From an uncultured Gammaproteobacteria bacterium (GTDB taxonomy: Bacteria > Patescibacteriota > Microgenomatia > UBA10105 > UBA927), in assembly GCA_964367095.1 (NCBI GenBank), contig CAYIXE010000001.1, positions 2,803-66,802 on the forward strand: 64,000 bases of DNA. The letters run 5' to 3'. A model generated the notes under the pieces. It was given only the letters and a program-made list of their open reading frames with translations. It made no database searches and was not told the DNA's origin. The stretch's first letter is position 1, and every line of letters begins with the position of its first letter. The position numbers and the translations under genes were made by a program. Shown one piece after another: positions 9,840 to 19,188 of this stretch.

Positions 9840-9876
9840 CACTTTCATTTATCGATAAATGAAAGTGAAATGTCAA
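9840..9876 (-). promoter_or_regulatory. autoregulatory promoter/operator: consensus -35 TTGACA (rc of 9871-9876) followed by the 28-bp palindrome (copy B, 9840-9867), which overlaps the -10 position; GAGGA SD and ATG at 9832
   Basis: Transcribed strand reads TTGACA-TTT-CACTTTCATTTATCGATAAATGAAAGTG-AGGATAT-ATG. ATAAAT/GATAAA lie 17-18 nt after the -35, inside the palindrome. Confidence 0.55.
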
Positions 9877-9925
9877 GAGAGTATTTATAGTATTGGAGGG
9901 ATAATTATTTTCTCTAGGCTACTAT

Positions 9926-11113
9926 TCACACGTTTATCTTCGTAAATATTTTGACTATTGTATTCATTTCCTTTTTCGTCAATTCTGGATTGTTACCAAA
10001 ATAGAGCCCTTGCGTATGCACGAGCTCAGCATTTCGCGTATTCATTTTTGCGGCCTTGCCTTGATAGCGACGGAAAAAAGGCTGTTTGGTCATATCGCCA
10101 CCCACCACTGGTCGTATTTCTACTTTTCCATCACACGCTTCTACCAGCGCGTCACGAATTTTCTGCGATCTACAAATCACCGGTACAGCAAAATTAGAAA
10201 CCCTATCGATATGATTGTATCTTATGGGATAAAATAAATCTGTTCTGGCATAAATTTGTTTTGCCATATATAAAAAATTCTTTTCTCGCTTTCGTATAAT
10301 TTCAGGAAGATACTGCATTTGATTATTACCCAAAAATCCCTGAATTTCTGTCGTTCTCAAGTTATACCCCAAATCATAAAATGTGTATCGGGAATAAAAG
10401 GTAGAATTCACATCGTGTTTTACTCTCAAAAATAATTGTTTATCTTCCGTCAAATTACGATCCCACCCATGTGCACGTACTAGATGAAGCATGGTCATAA
10501 GTTCTTCGTCATCCGTCACGACTGCACCGCCCTCAACGGTCGACATATGATGACCAACATAGAATGAAAATGTACTCGCCAGTCCCCAATTACCAAGCTT
10601 TATGCCTTTATATACTGTGCCCAATGACTCACAATTGTCTTCAATAAATATAATTTTTTGTTGTTTACACAATCGGGCTATGGCATCTATATCATCACAA
10701 AACCCCAAAAGATTTGTAAGAAATAACATTTTGATCTTGTTTTTTTTGAGGACCTCTTCTAGCGTGCGTGTAGAAATATTGAGCGTGTCAAGCTCTATAT
10801 CGATGGCGATAGGATTTAGACCTAATTGTATAAGCGGCATGACGTTTGTCGACCACGTTAATGCAGAAAAACCGACTGCATCTCCTTTTTTGATCCTCCC
10901 CAAATTAAGAAGTGCTTGAATGAGAGCTAAATTTGCTGAACTCCCACTGTTTACGAAGAGACAATATTTACGATCTTGATAGTTCGAAAATTTCTGTTCG
11001 AATTTACGACATTGTTCACCAATACTTAATTTTTCTGCTTTCAAGATAAACGTGCACAACAGTTTTTTTGTATTCTTTTCGTTGTAAAACGTCGATTTAA
11101 TCAGTGGAATCAT
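9926..11113 (-). CDS. PMP/PLP-dependent sugar 3-dehydratase of the DegT family with a ColD/RfbH-type His-His active site (GDP-4-keto-6-deoxymannose 3-dehydratase-like)
   Basis: VNSGSSANLALIQALL...IKKGDAVGFSALTWSTNVMPLIQLGLNPIAIDI...IEDNCESLGTVYKG...SFYVGHHMSTVEGGAVVTDDEELMTMLHLVRAHGWDRNL parallels ColD (LEDNCESMGAT...SFYSHHIATMEGGCIVTDDEE...IRAHGWTRNL). The usual PLP lysine is replaced by His. No CxC...CxxC Fe-S motif as in RfbH/E1. Start taken at the ATG at 11113 (MIPLIKSTF...). Confidence 0.7.
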   Translation of the reverse strand: MIPLIKSTFYNEKNTKKLLCTFILKAEKLSIGEQCRKFEQKFSNYQDRKYCLFVNSGSSANLALIQALLNLGRIKKGDAVGFSALTWSTNVMPLIQLGLNPIAIDIELDTLNISTRTLEEVLKKNKIKMLFLTNLLGFCDDIDAIARLCKQQKIIFIEDNCESLGTVYKGIKLGNWGLASTFSFYVGHHMSTVEGGAVVTDDEELMTMLHLVRAHGWDRNLTEDKQLFLRVKHDVNSTFYSRYTFYDLGYNLRTTEIQGFLGNNQMQYLPEIIRKREKNFLYMAKQIYARTDLFYPIRYNHIDRVSNFAVPVICRSQKIRDALVEACDGKVEIRPVVGGDMTKQPFFRRYQGKAAKMNTRNAELVHTQGLYFGNNPELTKKEMNTIVKIFTKINV

Positions 11114-11114
11114 A

Positions 11115-12050
11115 CTATTCTCCCTGTTCTCTTTTATACCATTCATACGTTTTCAACAAGCCTCTATCAAGATTAGTTTTTGGTGTCCAGTTCATTGCGC
11201 GTTTTATCTTTTCCCACGAAACGACTTGACTTAATAATTCTTCCTCTCTTCCATCCTCAGTCTTATCTATGCGTAATTCTTTTGAGCTCATGCCAATAAT
11301 TTTGGTCATTAAGTCTCTGACGGATATTGGCTTCCCTGTTCCCACGTTATAAATTCTGTTTTTCTCAAGCTGTGCATCAGTTATTTGCCCGAGCATGCCG
11401 TACGCTCGTATCGCATCATCTATATACAAATATTCTCGTTTCGCACTTCCTCCCCACATAGTGGGATTTTTGCCACTCACGACACTTTGCATGGTCTTGG
11501 GGATCACGCGTGAAAAATTAAGATCGCCCGGACCATAAATATTTACAAATCGTGGAATTAAAACCGGTAGATTAAAACTATCTGCATAAGACTGCGCGAT
11601 AAGGTCTACACACGTCTTTGATGTTTCGTAAGGCCTTGACGGTCGTGGCGGCTCATCTTCCCGATACGGTACTGACGCTCTCCCATAGACATGTGACGTA
11701 GACGCAATAATAATCCGCTGTATATTATAGCTTCGCGAAACCTCAAGGACATTTAACGCACTCGTAATATTATTATTAAATGTCCCGTATGGCTCTTTAG
11801 AACCGGACTCGACGAGTGCTTCACTGGCTAAATGAAAACACGCATCAGGTTTAAATTGTTTGAATACTTTCAATAATTCAGCTTTATTGGCGACATCAAC
11901 TTTTTTTTCTATCGTCGAATTATACGGGTGTCTTGATAGACCAAGCACCTTTGCTTTTTTTCCCAAAAGATAGGAAACCAGATGTCTCCCGATAAATCCG
12001 CTTGATCCGGTAATAAGTACACGACTATTTTCCCAAGATTTTATTTGCAT
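11115..12050 (-). CDS. NAD(P)-dependent sugar epimerase/reductase (SDR)
   Basis: VLITGSSGFIGRHL Rossmann motif. STSHVYG and YETSKTCVD catalytic motifs. 311 aa. Confidence 0.7.
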   Translation of the reverse strand: MQIKSWENSRVLITGSSGFIGRHLVSYLLGKKAKVLGLSRHPYNSTIEKKVDVANKAELLKVFKQFKPDACFHLASEALVESGSKEPYGTFNNNITSALNVLEVSRSYNIQRIIIASTSHVYGRASVPYREDEPPRPSRPYETSKTCVDLIAQSYADSFNLPVLIPRFVNIYGPGDLNFSRVIPKTMQSVVSGKNPTMWGGSAKREYLYIDDAIRAYGMLGQITDAQLEKNRIYNVGTGKPISVRDLMTKIIGMSSKELRIDKTEDGREEELLSQVVSWEKIKRAMNWTPKTNLDRGLLKTYEWYKREQGE

Positions 12051-13071
12051 TGTAATATATTTGGTGTCTTATTATAACCCAACTATAGATAAAAACGAAT
12101 CCCACACCCATCAGAGGATGCAAAAACCATGCTCTGTCTCGAATTTTTAGAAATCCTCTACAGCTATCATAGAAAGGAACAACAAGTGTGACACAGTAAA
12201 AAATCGCCAGTACCAGACGCCAGAGTTCTTTCTTTGTAAATATTTCGTATCGTCGAACACGCTTTCGTTCAAGTGATTTCTCACCCATGTGATACTGATT
12301 CATAAACAGCATTCTTCGTTTTAGATAAGACCATATATTTCCATATCCAGTTAAATGAAGAATTGCATCATCAACAAACGCATAGGTATCAAATCCTTTG
12401 GTGATAAGATCCACATTTACATCCATGTCAAAATACTTTCCCGGTGTCGCTTGGGCATTGTTCATAAGAGTCTCACGACGCACAATGAACCCATTGGCGC
12501 CTATCGTTGGAATTCTATTTTCTGAAAATTTCACAATATAATATCCATTATCAGAAATAACCTCCCCCGCCAAATTGTAACTATCAAACATATAGGAAAG
12601 CCTATCTGATCTGCCTAAATACCATACAAAGGGATCTCCCGTGCCAAAAAGCGCAAAATATCGATCAAGTAGACCTTCTTTCTTGTCATACTGGTATCTA
12701 AGTGTCTCAACACCTATGATTTTTTTATTTTCCACAAATGGACGTACCATTTTTGATAGCCACTGCGGATGAGGCAATATATTGTCATGATCGATCATCG
12801 CCAAAAGTTCATTTTTTGCATTTTTAATACCAATACTTTTGTTATATTCTGCATTTTGTTTCTTGGGATCTATACTGATTACTTTTGCACCGAAACGCTT
12901 GGCTATTTCTATCGTCTTATCAGTTGATCCGCCATCGGCAACGATAATTTCTATTTTGTGTTTAGGATACAGTTGCGCTTGTATACTTTTCAAACAACGC
13001 TCAATCGTTCGTGTGGAGTTATATGTAGCAATGACAATAGAGATACTTGGAATTTTAGAGATTGTATTCAT
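12025..13071 (-). CDS. GT2 glycosyltransferase with C-terminal transmembrane segment
   Basis: ISIVIATYNSTRTIERCL...IIVADGGSTDKT GT-A N-terminus. Hydrophobic C-terminus (LVLAIFYCVTLVVPF...GVGFVFIYSWVII). Confidence 0.7.
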   Translation of the reverse strand: MNTISKIPSISIVIATYNSTRTIERCLKSIQAQLYPKHKIEIIVADGGSTDKTIEIAKRFGAKVISIDPKKQNAEYNKSIGIKNAKNELLAMIDHDNILPHPQWLSKMVRPFVENKKIIGVETLRYQYDKKEGLLDRYFALFGTGDPFVWYLGRSDRLSYMFDSYNLAGEVISDNGYYIVKFSENRIPTIGANGFIVRRETLMNNAQATPGKYFDMDVNVDLITKGFDTYAFVDDAILHLTGYGNIWSYLKRRMLFMNQYHMGEKSLERKRVRRYEIFTKKELWRLVLAIFYCVTLVVPFYDSCRGFLKIRDRAWFLHPLMGVGFVFIYSWVIIRHQIYYNANKILGK

Positions 13072-13904
13072 ATCTTTTGTGCAAGAATTGCGATTCCTAA
13101 TCCGCGCTTATTTTTTGTCCACCCATCCAAGAGTGATATGCCGTAAAGAAGAGGATATACAAGTGCTGTAAGAAACTGACTTTTGGCCAAAGCCATATGA
13201 TTCAGTTCCCAAGCCAAAGAGCCAAAAAAACCAAACGTGTGTGTGCTTTTTATAACACGAAAGCCAACTTTTAGAAGCTCATTAGTAAGCGTTTTGAGTT
13301 CAAATCCTTCTCGCACATGGTCGACATGTTCCCATGTTGCAAATTCACGAAAATGTCGGACTTGATGTACCTGTGGTACATGAATGTACACATAAGCTTT
13401 TGCCTTAAGTAAATGATGCATATTTTTCAGTACTCTTTTGTACTCATGTATATGCTCCAGCACGTCAATGATAATCATACAATCGTATATATTACGACCT
13501 TCATGACTTTTTACAATATCTCCAAAGACAAACTTCGTATTGGTAGCACCAAATTCTTTCTGCACCTCTCGGGCAAACGCTAATTTGCTCCTATCAATCT
13601 CCCAGCCAACTATTTTTGCGTTTGGATATTTTTTGGCCATAAAAAATGAGTAGCATCCTATCCCGCTTCCTATATCTAAAATTGTTTTTGGACTAAACGC
13701 ACCCAAAGAACGTAGCGCCTGACGAAAATACATTCCCCGTACCTGAAACCCAATTTCAGGAATTCCAAATAGCCAAACATATGCACTCGCAAACCACGAT
13801 CGTATTAGTGAAGATATCTGAATTTTTTCCTTATATACGCCATTCATCTCATGAAGCGATTGCAAAAGTATTTCAGGATGCTTGTAATAGTCAGATCCAA
13901 ACAT
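13068..13904 (-). CDS. class I SAM-dependent methyltransferase
   Basis: ILDIGSGIGCYSFFMAKKYPNAKIVGWEID motif I. Start trimmed to the ATG at 13904 to avoid overlap with the upstream gene; the track start is at 13967. Confidence 0.6.
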   Translation of the reverse strand: MFGSDYYKHPEILLQSLHEMNGVYKEKIQISSLIRSWFASAYVWLFGIPEIGFQVRGMYFRQALRSLGAFSPKTILDIGSGIGCYSFFMAKKYPNAKIVGWEIDRSKLAFAREVQKEFGATNTKFVFGDIVKSHEGRNIYDCMIIIDVLEHIHEYKRVLKNMHHLLKAKAYVYIHVPQVHQVRHFREFATWEHVDHVREGFELKTLTNELLKVGFRVIKSTHTFGFFGSLAWELNHMALAKSQFLTALVYPLLYGISLLDGWTKNKRGLGIAILAQKI

Positions 13905-13917
13905 AGGCACTACTCTA

Positions 13918-15021
13918 TCACGCTTCAACAGCGGTGTGAAGCAATGAAAGGCTTTGGTTTGCGGCATCGTTCCATGTAAATGACGTACTCCAAAAAAGAC
14001 CTCTTTTTTGCATCTTACTATATGTTATTTTATCGTTATAAAGGGTAAAGGCGCGCATAGCTAGATCCTCTGGTGTAGATAGAACGGTAAGTATCCCTGT
14101 TTGCCCATCTACGATGGTATCGCACAATGCTCCTGAAGGGTAAGCCACAGTCGGTGTGCCCTGACTTGCCGCTTCTAATACAACCAATCCCCATCCTTCC
14201 TTCACTGACGCATGAAGAAGCACATGCGATTTTGCCATAAGGTGTAATTTCTTTTTTTCAGAAACATTACCCCACCAAATGACGCGCTTCTCTATTCCCA
14301 TCTCTTTCACTTTCTCCTGAAGAACTTTGATATATCGTAAATCGCCATCACCCACTATCCACAACACAGCAGTCGGCAATGAAGAGAGAAGTATGGTAAA
14401 TGCCTTCAACACATCCTCAACACCCTTCATACGGACAACTCGTCCAACAAAAAGAAACGTAGGCACAGTATTTTTTATCGGTAGCTTGGCTATTGCAGTA
14501 TTACCTATCGGACATGGTATAGCGATGCATCGATCGCGAGAAACTCCTAAAGAAATAAGCTCATTTCTCGTAGACGGGGCATCAGTCCAAAAATAATGTG
14601 CTCTATAGACCCAGATATAGAATCGTTCAAGCATTTTTCCGATCCATGAAATCGGGAATGGATACATGACATCCCAAATAACTGAAGCGACTTCATGAAC
14701 AAACACAATGATAGGAATGCGTGCATAAAACTTTGCAAAAAACGGAATACCATGCACCTCGTCCACTATAACGTCTATATCTTTTCCATGGAAAAAATAG
14801 TACACCATGGCATAAAAAAATACACTGACACTGCTTCCCTGCCGTACAACACGTATTCCTTCTATAACTTCTTCATTTAAGGCGCCGCTATACATGGAAG
14901 TAAACCACGTTACTCTTTCGCCATTTTTCACCCAGCCTTTTGCGTGTTGTAAGGTGACGTATTCAGCGCCTCCAGAGTTGGGATTTTTAGGATCTCTCCA
15001 GTTGAGAATCAAAATATTCAT
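13918..15021 (-). CDS. GT4 (GT-B fold) glycosyltransferase
   Basis: FLFVGRVVRMKGVEDVLKAF...GWGLVVLEAASQGTPTVA, a typical GT4 C-terminal domain. Confidence 0.7.
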   Translation of the reverse strand: MNILILNWRDPKNPNSGGAEYVTLQHAKGWVKNGERVTWFTSMYSGALNEEVIEGIRVVRQGSSVSVFFYAMVYYFFHGKDIDVIVDEVHGIPFFAKFYARIPIIVFVHEVASVIWDVMYPFPISWIGKMLERFYIWVYRAHYFWTDAPSTRNELISLGVSRDRCIAIPCPIGNTAIAKLPIKNTVPTFLFVGRVVRMKGVEDVLKAFTILLSSLPTAVLWIVGDGDLRYIKVLQEKVKEMGIEKRVIWWGNVSEKKKLHLMAKSHVLLHASVKEGWGLVVLEAASQGTPTVAYPSGALCDTIVDGQTGILTVLSTPEDLAMRAFTLYNDKITYSKMQKRGLFWSTSFTWNDAANQSLSLLHTAVEA

Positions 15022-15035
15022 ACTCTATTGAACAA

Positions 15036-15839
15036 TTATGGCAATGCGATTTTGAAGTTTAATTCAGGATCAAACATCCAGTTGTGTTTGTTAATGTTGT
15101 CATAGTAATGAAGAATTTTTAAACGGTAAAAAACTGCACACGTGTCCCAAAGCATACGATACACTACTTTCCATACAGAATACGATGTAATGCTTGATAC
15201 TCCCGTAAAGTCTAATTCGATTGGCGCTTCAAATATTCGCGTATACCCTAAATGATTGGCAACAGCCAAAATTTCTATATCAAATGCAAATTGCTTCACT
15301 AATAACCTCGGCAACACATCCTCTAATACGTTCCTTCTATAAAGCTTTATCCCGACCTGCGTATCTTTCAAATTCAGACCAAATAGAACGCGAGTAAGCT
15401 GTTGATACCCAAAGGATAATATTTTTCTCTCGAGTGGGTAACGTACCTTTGACACAGGGTGACGCTTGCTCCCAACGATTATATCCGCGTTATACCAATA
15501 AAAATGCTCAAGCATCATGGAGAGTCCTAACTCACTTACATCTCCTCCGGAATCGATAAAGCCAATAATGTCCCCACGACTTTTTGCCATACCAAAACGC
15601 ACGGCATACCCTTTGCCATGATTTGTGTTATATCCTGTCACCATCAACTTATTAGAATGAACTTTATTTGCTTCTCTTTCACTGTTATCGACTTTTCCAT
15701 CTATGACGACTATTACTTCATAGGGAATAGATAACAGGGTGAGCTCGCCTAATATAGACTGGAGCTGTTTTTGAATCGATTTTTCCTGTTTATAAACTGG
15801 AATAATCAATGATAATAATTTCGGTTTATTCTTTCCCAT
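15036..15839 (-). CDS. GT2 polyprenyl-phosphate sugar synthase-like (DPM1-like)
   Basis: LSLIIPVYKQEKSI...VIVVIDGKVDNS...GKGYAVRFGMAKSRGDIIGFIDSGGD, a GT-A DPM1-like pattern. 267 aa. Confidence 0.6.
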   Translation of the reverse strand: MGKNKPKLLSLIIPVYKQEKSIQKQLQSILGELTLLSIPYEVIVVIDGKVDNSEREANKVHSNKLMVTGYNTNHGKGYAVRFGMAKSRGDIIGFIDSGGDVSELGLSMMLEHFYWYNADIIVGSKRHPVSKVRYPLERKILSFGYQQLTRVLFGLNLKDTQVGIKLYRRNVLEDVLPRLLVKQFAFDIEILAVANHLGYTRIFEAPIELDFTGVSSITSYSVWKVVYRMLWDTCAVFYRLKILHYYDNINKHNWMFDPELNFKIALP

Positions 15840-17076
15840 AGCGGTAGTATATCAAAAGAATCACACAGGTAATAAACGTAACGCCAATATTTATATATAT
15901 CACCTGATTGAGGGATGAGTGAAAAAACCATAATCCAATGCTTTGTGATACCGTGGCTCCCAAGGTAATCACCCATACGCGCGTTCTGCCGATAGCAAGA
16001 AAAATAGTGGTAAGCAAATTAACCAACGTAAAAAATGTGATAAATATACCAAATAAGCCCATAAAAGGAATAGCACCATCAAATGCAGTTCCATACATAA
16101 TCCGAACGATAAAGGCTGGTGCAATAAAATATCCAAGTGTCAGTATGCTAGAGAGTGCCGCCACGGCACCGAGAGCGCTTAGCACCATACCATGGTAGGA
16201 TTCTTTACGCTCTTTTTTCTCAACTATCATCGGAAATATCACAAACCCTAATGCAGATGATGCGTAAAATATTACCTTTCCAAGCACTGCAAGAGATGCG
16301 TAAATCCCCGCTTCATAGGGAGAGAAAAAATGCTTTACCAATAAAACGTCTTGACTATAGAGTGCAATGGTGCCTAGGGTAGCCAATAACATCGGGAGAC
16401 TATAGACCGCCGCATCGGCCTTTGTGATTGATAATGGTTTTGACTTTACCCGTATTAGACCCCAAATCGGCACAAAATTTATAACGTATGAAATCACGTT
16501 GGATATGATATTTCCTATAAGTACTCCTATGAGCCCAAATGGCGCTCCTAATACCCCAAATACTAATCGCAAAAGCATTCCGATATTGGTCACCACACTG
16601 GATGCCAAAAATAGTTGAAATGATTGCAAGATACTTATGTTTATGACAGAAAATATGAAACTCACAAATATGAAATAGAGCCAAATAAAGTAGCTTGAAG
16701 ATATATGCAAAAATTCAGCCAATGCGTTCGCTGAAACTACCGCGACCAAAAACCCAATCAATGAGACTAGAGAGATATATCGAAACGCTGCCCAAAAAAG
16801 ACTGGGAACTTCCTCTAAAAGTTTTCTTGCACGAAGTTGTGAAAAAAACTTCGCAAGGATCGTTTGGACTACGCCGGATCCTATGTTGATTATGTAAAAT
16901 AACGACAAGAGTGCAGAAAATTCTCCATAAATAACCGGGCCTAATAACCGTCCAACAAGTACGTGATAGGCATATGCACCGACGTTGGCTACCATCGAGC
17001 CCACCAAAATTATGAAACTTCCTTTCGCTAGAGGATGTGCTATAAACGCATGAAGTTTGAGAATTATTTTTTTCAT
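15826..17076 (-). CDS. Wzx-type oligosaccharide flippase (MOP/PST family)
   Basis: About 12 predicted TM segments. N-terminus KGSFIILVGSMVANVGAYAYHVLVGRLLGPVIYGEF is typical of PST flippases. The track start at 17085 is TTG; the ATG at 17076 forms an ATGA overlap with the upstream gene. Confidence 0.65.
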   Translation of the reverse strand: MKKIILKLHAFIAHPLAKGSFIILVGSMVANVGAYAYHVLVGRLLGPVIYGEFSALLSLFYIINIGSGVVQTILAKFFSQLRARKLLEEVPSLFWAAFRYISLVSLIGFLVAVVSANALAEFLHISSSYFIWLYFIFVSFIFSVINISILQSFQLFLASSVVTNIGMLLRLVFGVLGAPFGLIGVLIGNIISNVISYVINFVPIWGLIRVKSKPLSITKADAAVYSLPMLLATLGTIALYSQDVLLVKHFFSPYEAGIYASLAVLGKVIFYASSALGFVIFPMIVEKKERKESYHGMVLSALGAVAALSSILTLGYFIAPAFIVRIMYGTAFDGAIPFMGLFGIFITFFTLVNLLTTIFLAIGRTRVWVITLGATVSQSIGLWFFHSSLNQVIYINIGVTFITCVILLIYYRYGKE

Positions 17077-17762
17077 GGCGACCAAAATCGTAATCGCAAG
17101 AGAGTAAAGAGAGCGACAATACCATCACGCCATGTCAGCTTTTTTCCCTCAGAAAATTTTCTGCCAAAGTATGAAATAGGCACTTCATATATTTGATACC
17201 CGCTTCGAAGTATCTTCGCCGTAATCTCCGGTTCAAAGTCAAATCGTTTTGCTTTGATCGTAATGCCTTTCAGTACTACGGCATCAAATACTTTGCATCC
17301 TGTTTCCATATCCGTAATATTGGTGTTGTAGAGAATGTTGGTGACGAGTGTTACAAATTTATTACCTAACTCATAAATAAACATCGTCGAAAGATGTCCG
17401 CCCAAAAATCGTGATCCGTATACGACATGAACCCGATCATTTTCAAAAGGGGCTAACAGTACTGGATAGTCAGAAGGGCTGTATTCTAAATCCGCGTCTT
17501 GAATAAGGATGATATCTCCTGTGGCCTTTGCAATTCCAATCGTTACTGCCGATCCTTTGCCCTCATTTTTCTTCTTAAAAATGACCTTTACCCTCTTCAC
17601 CCATTTTTTGAGTAGATCTTCTGTACCGTCGGTCGATCCGTCATCTATGATAATAATTTCTTTCTCCCACCCTAAAACTTTCGTTTGGGAAACGAGATTG
17701 AGTACTTCTTCTACCGTCTTCTTTTCGTTGTATACAGGAATGATTATAGAAAGTTTTTTCAT
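17073..17762 (-). CDS. GT2 polyprenyl-phosphate sugar synthase (DPM1-like, soluble form)
   Basis: LSIIIPVYNEKKTVEEVL...IIIIDDGSTDGTEDLL...GKGSAVTIGIAKATGDIILIQDADLEY, a DPM1/GtrB-like GT-A core. 229 aa. Confidence 0.7.
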   Translation of the reverse strand: MKKLSIIIPVYNEKKTVEEVLNLVSQTKVLGWEKEIIIIDDGSTDGTEDLLKKWVKRVKVIFKKKNEGKGSAVTIGIAKATGDIILIQDADLEYSPSDYPVLLAPFENDRVHVVYGSRFLGGHLSTMFIYELGNKFVTLVTNILYNTNITDMETGCKVFDAVVLKGITIKAKRFDFEPEITAKILRSGYQIYEVPISYFGRKFSEGKKLTWRDGIVALFTLLRLRFWSP

Positions 17763-19120
17763 GCGTTGAAAAATGCCTTACCATGGAAGACTAACCACGC
17801 CCAGAGCGGAATAAATTCCAATGTTTTTCCCTCTATCTTTTGTATAGCCGAATAGTTTTTCGTCAATACGTATCCTTTTTCCTTATTAAACTCCTGCAAT
17901 CCTTCTACCATGCCCTGTGTTTCTCTCTCATGCGGCTGATCAGTATATGAAACATTATAAAAAGCCAACGCAGGATCCATAGTCACAAAATCTATCTCTT
18001 TCTTACCTTTCCAATAGTAAATCGCCTGCGATTGTTTTTTTAACTCCATGTATACTACATTTTCCGCACATTGCCCGATATCAGGTCGTAAAAGCGGCAC
18101 GTTAAAATTTCGCAGTCCATTATCGACTACGTACATCTTTCGGGCTCTTTGCACATCCTGCGTCTCCTTCGTTTTATACGAATAATGCTTACTCTCAAAG
18201 AGTAAATATGCCCGCTGAAAATACTCTATGTAGGATTTGGTAGTCTCTAAAGAGAGTTTCTGCGGTCGAGATAAACTACTGTATGTATGCGTTTTCGTAA
18301 AATCAGACATAATCTGAAGTCCTAATACTTCTACTTCCTGCTGATTTCGAACACCATTGGGCACCACAACGTCTCTTGAAACCGTATCTCTAAAATAATT
18401 TGATGCCAATGTCCGTTTGACATCTTCATCTTCGGTAAGCACTATCTCAGGATATCCGCCTTCTTTCATATAATTCCCCAAGTGATGCAGAATTTTCGTT
18501 TGTTGGAAAAAATTAGCCTTGAGAATCGATGATATATTCGCTTGCCCTTCTATAGTAATTCCTTTTATGCGCAAATATTCATAAAAATTAAAGGGGTAGA
18601 CGTCTACTTGAACGTTTCTGCCGGTCAAAACTGTCGCCGACTCTGACTCAACCAACGATCGGCGTGATCCGGAAAGTATAAACTTAACAGGATCTTTCCG
18701 CTCATACTTACTGCTTATCCAACGATTGAAGTCTTTAATTCCTTGAATTTCATCCAAAAATATATAAACTTTCCCTTGCGGGTTGTAAGTCTCCATATAA
18801 TAGATAAAAATATCTTCCAAGAGTTTCCAGCCTTGTGTCAAATACTGCTGCACCAATATATCCTCCAAAAACAAATACACCACGTTTTTGGCCGGTATGC
18901 CTTTCTCAACGATAAGATGCTCCATAAGCTGATGCATCAGCGTTGATTTCCCTGCACGACGAACACCAGTAAGGATTAACACATGACGAATATCCAGAAG
19001 TTTTTTGAGGCGCTCAAGATACTTTTCTCGAGGCACAGTATGTATCCATTTACCTTTCAAAGGATCAGTAAAGTGAGGGTTCCATGTCGAAATTAACGTT
19101 TGACACACTTCTCTATCCAT
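17759..19120 (-). CDS. AAA-family ATPase (AAA_14 + DUF4143 architecture)
   Basis: Walker A LTGVRRAGKSTLM. Walker B-like IFLDEIQ. About 450 aa, typical for this widespread orphan ATPase family. Unrelated to glycan synthesis. Confidence 0.65.
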   Translation of the reverse strand: MDREVCQTLISTWNPHFTDPLKGKWIHTVPREKYLERLKKLLDIRHVLILTGVRRAGKSTLMHQLMEHLIVEKGIPAKNVVYLFLEDILVQQYLTQGWKLLEDIFIYYMETYNPQGKVYIFLDEIQGIKDFNRWISSKYERKDPVKFILSGSRRSLVESESATVLTGRNVQVDVYPFNFYEYLRIKGITIEGQANISSILKANFFQQTKILHHLGNYMKEGGYPEIVLTEDEDVKRTLASNYFRDTVSRDVVVPNGVRNQQEVEVLGLQIMSDFTKTHTYSSLSRPQKLSLETTKSYIEYFQRAYLLFESKHYSYKTKETQDVQRARKMYVVDNGLRNFNVPLLRPDIGQCAENVVYMELKKQSQAIYYWKGKKEIDFVTMDPALAFYNVSYTDQPHERETQGMVEGLQEFNKEKGYVLTKNYSAIQKIEGKTLEFIPLWAWLVFHGKAFFNA

Positions 19121-19188
19121 AGTTGCAGTATATACTCGTATTGCCTACCTGTCAAGTATAATCTAAGGTTTATATGTCAAACCCTACG

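Noticed and set aside
9926-11146. Calling the DegT-family enzyme an E1/RfbH (CDP-6-deoxy-D-xylo-4-hexulose-3-dehydrase) and inferring a full CDP-3,6-dideoxyhexose pathway
   Set aside because: It has no cysteine cluster for the E1 [2Fe-2S] centre, and no E3 (DdhD) reductase gene is visible. The sequence tracks ColD more closely, so only a ColD-type assignment is made.
4380-11908. Homopolymeric A/T tracts of 7-8 nt inside coding regions (for example 4380-4387, 8038-8045, 10740-10747, 11901-11908) as phase-variation switches
   Set aside because: The genome is AT-rich and such tracts are frequent throughout the window. None reaches the 9 or more nt typical of slipped-strand contingency loci, and there is no pattern tied to particular gene classes.
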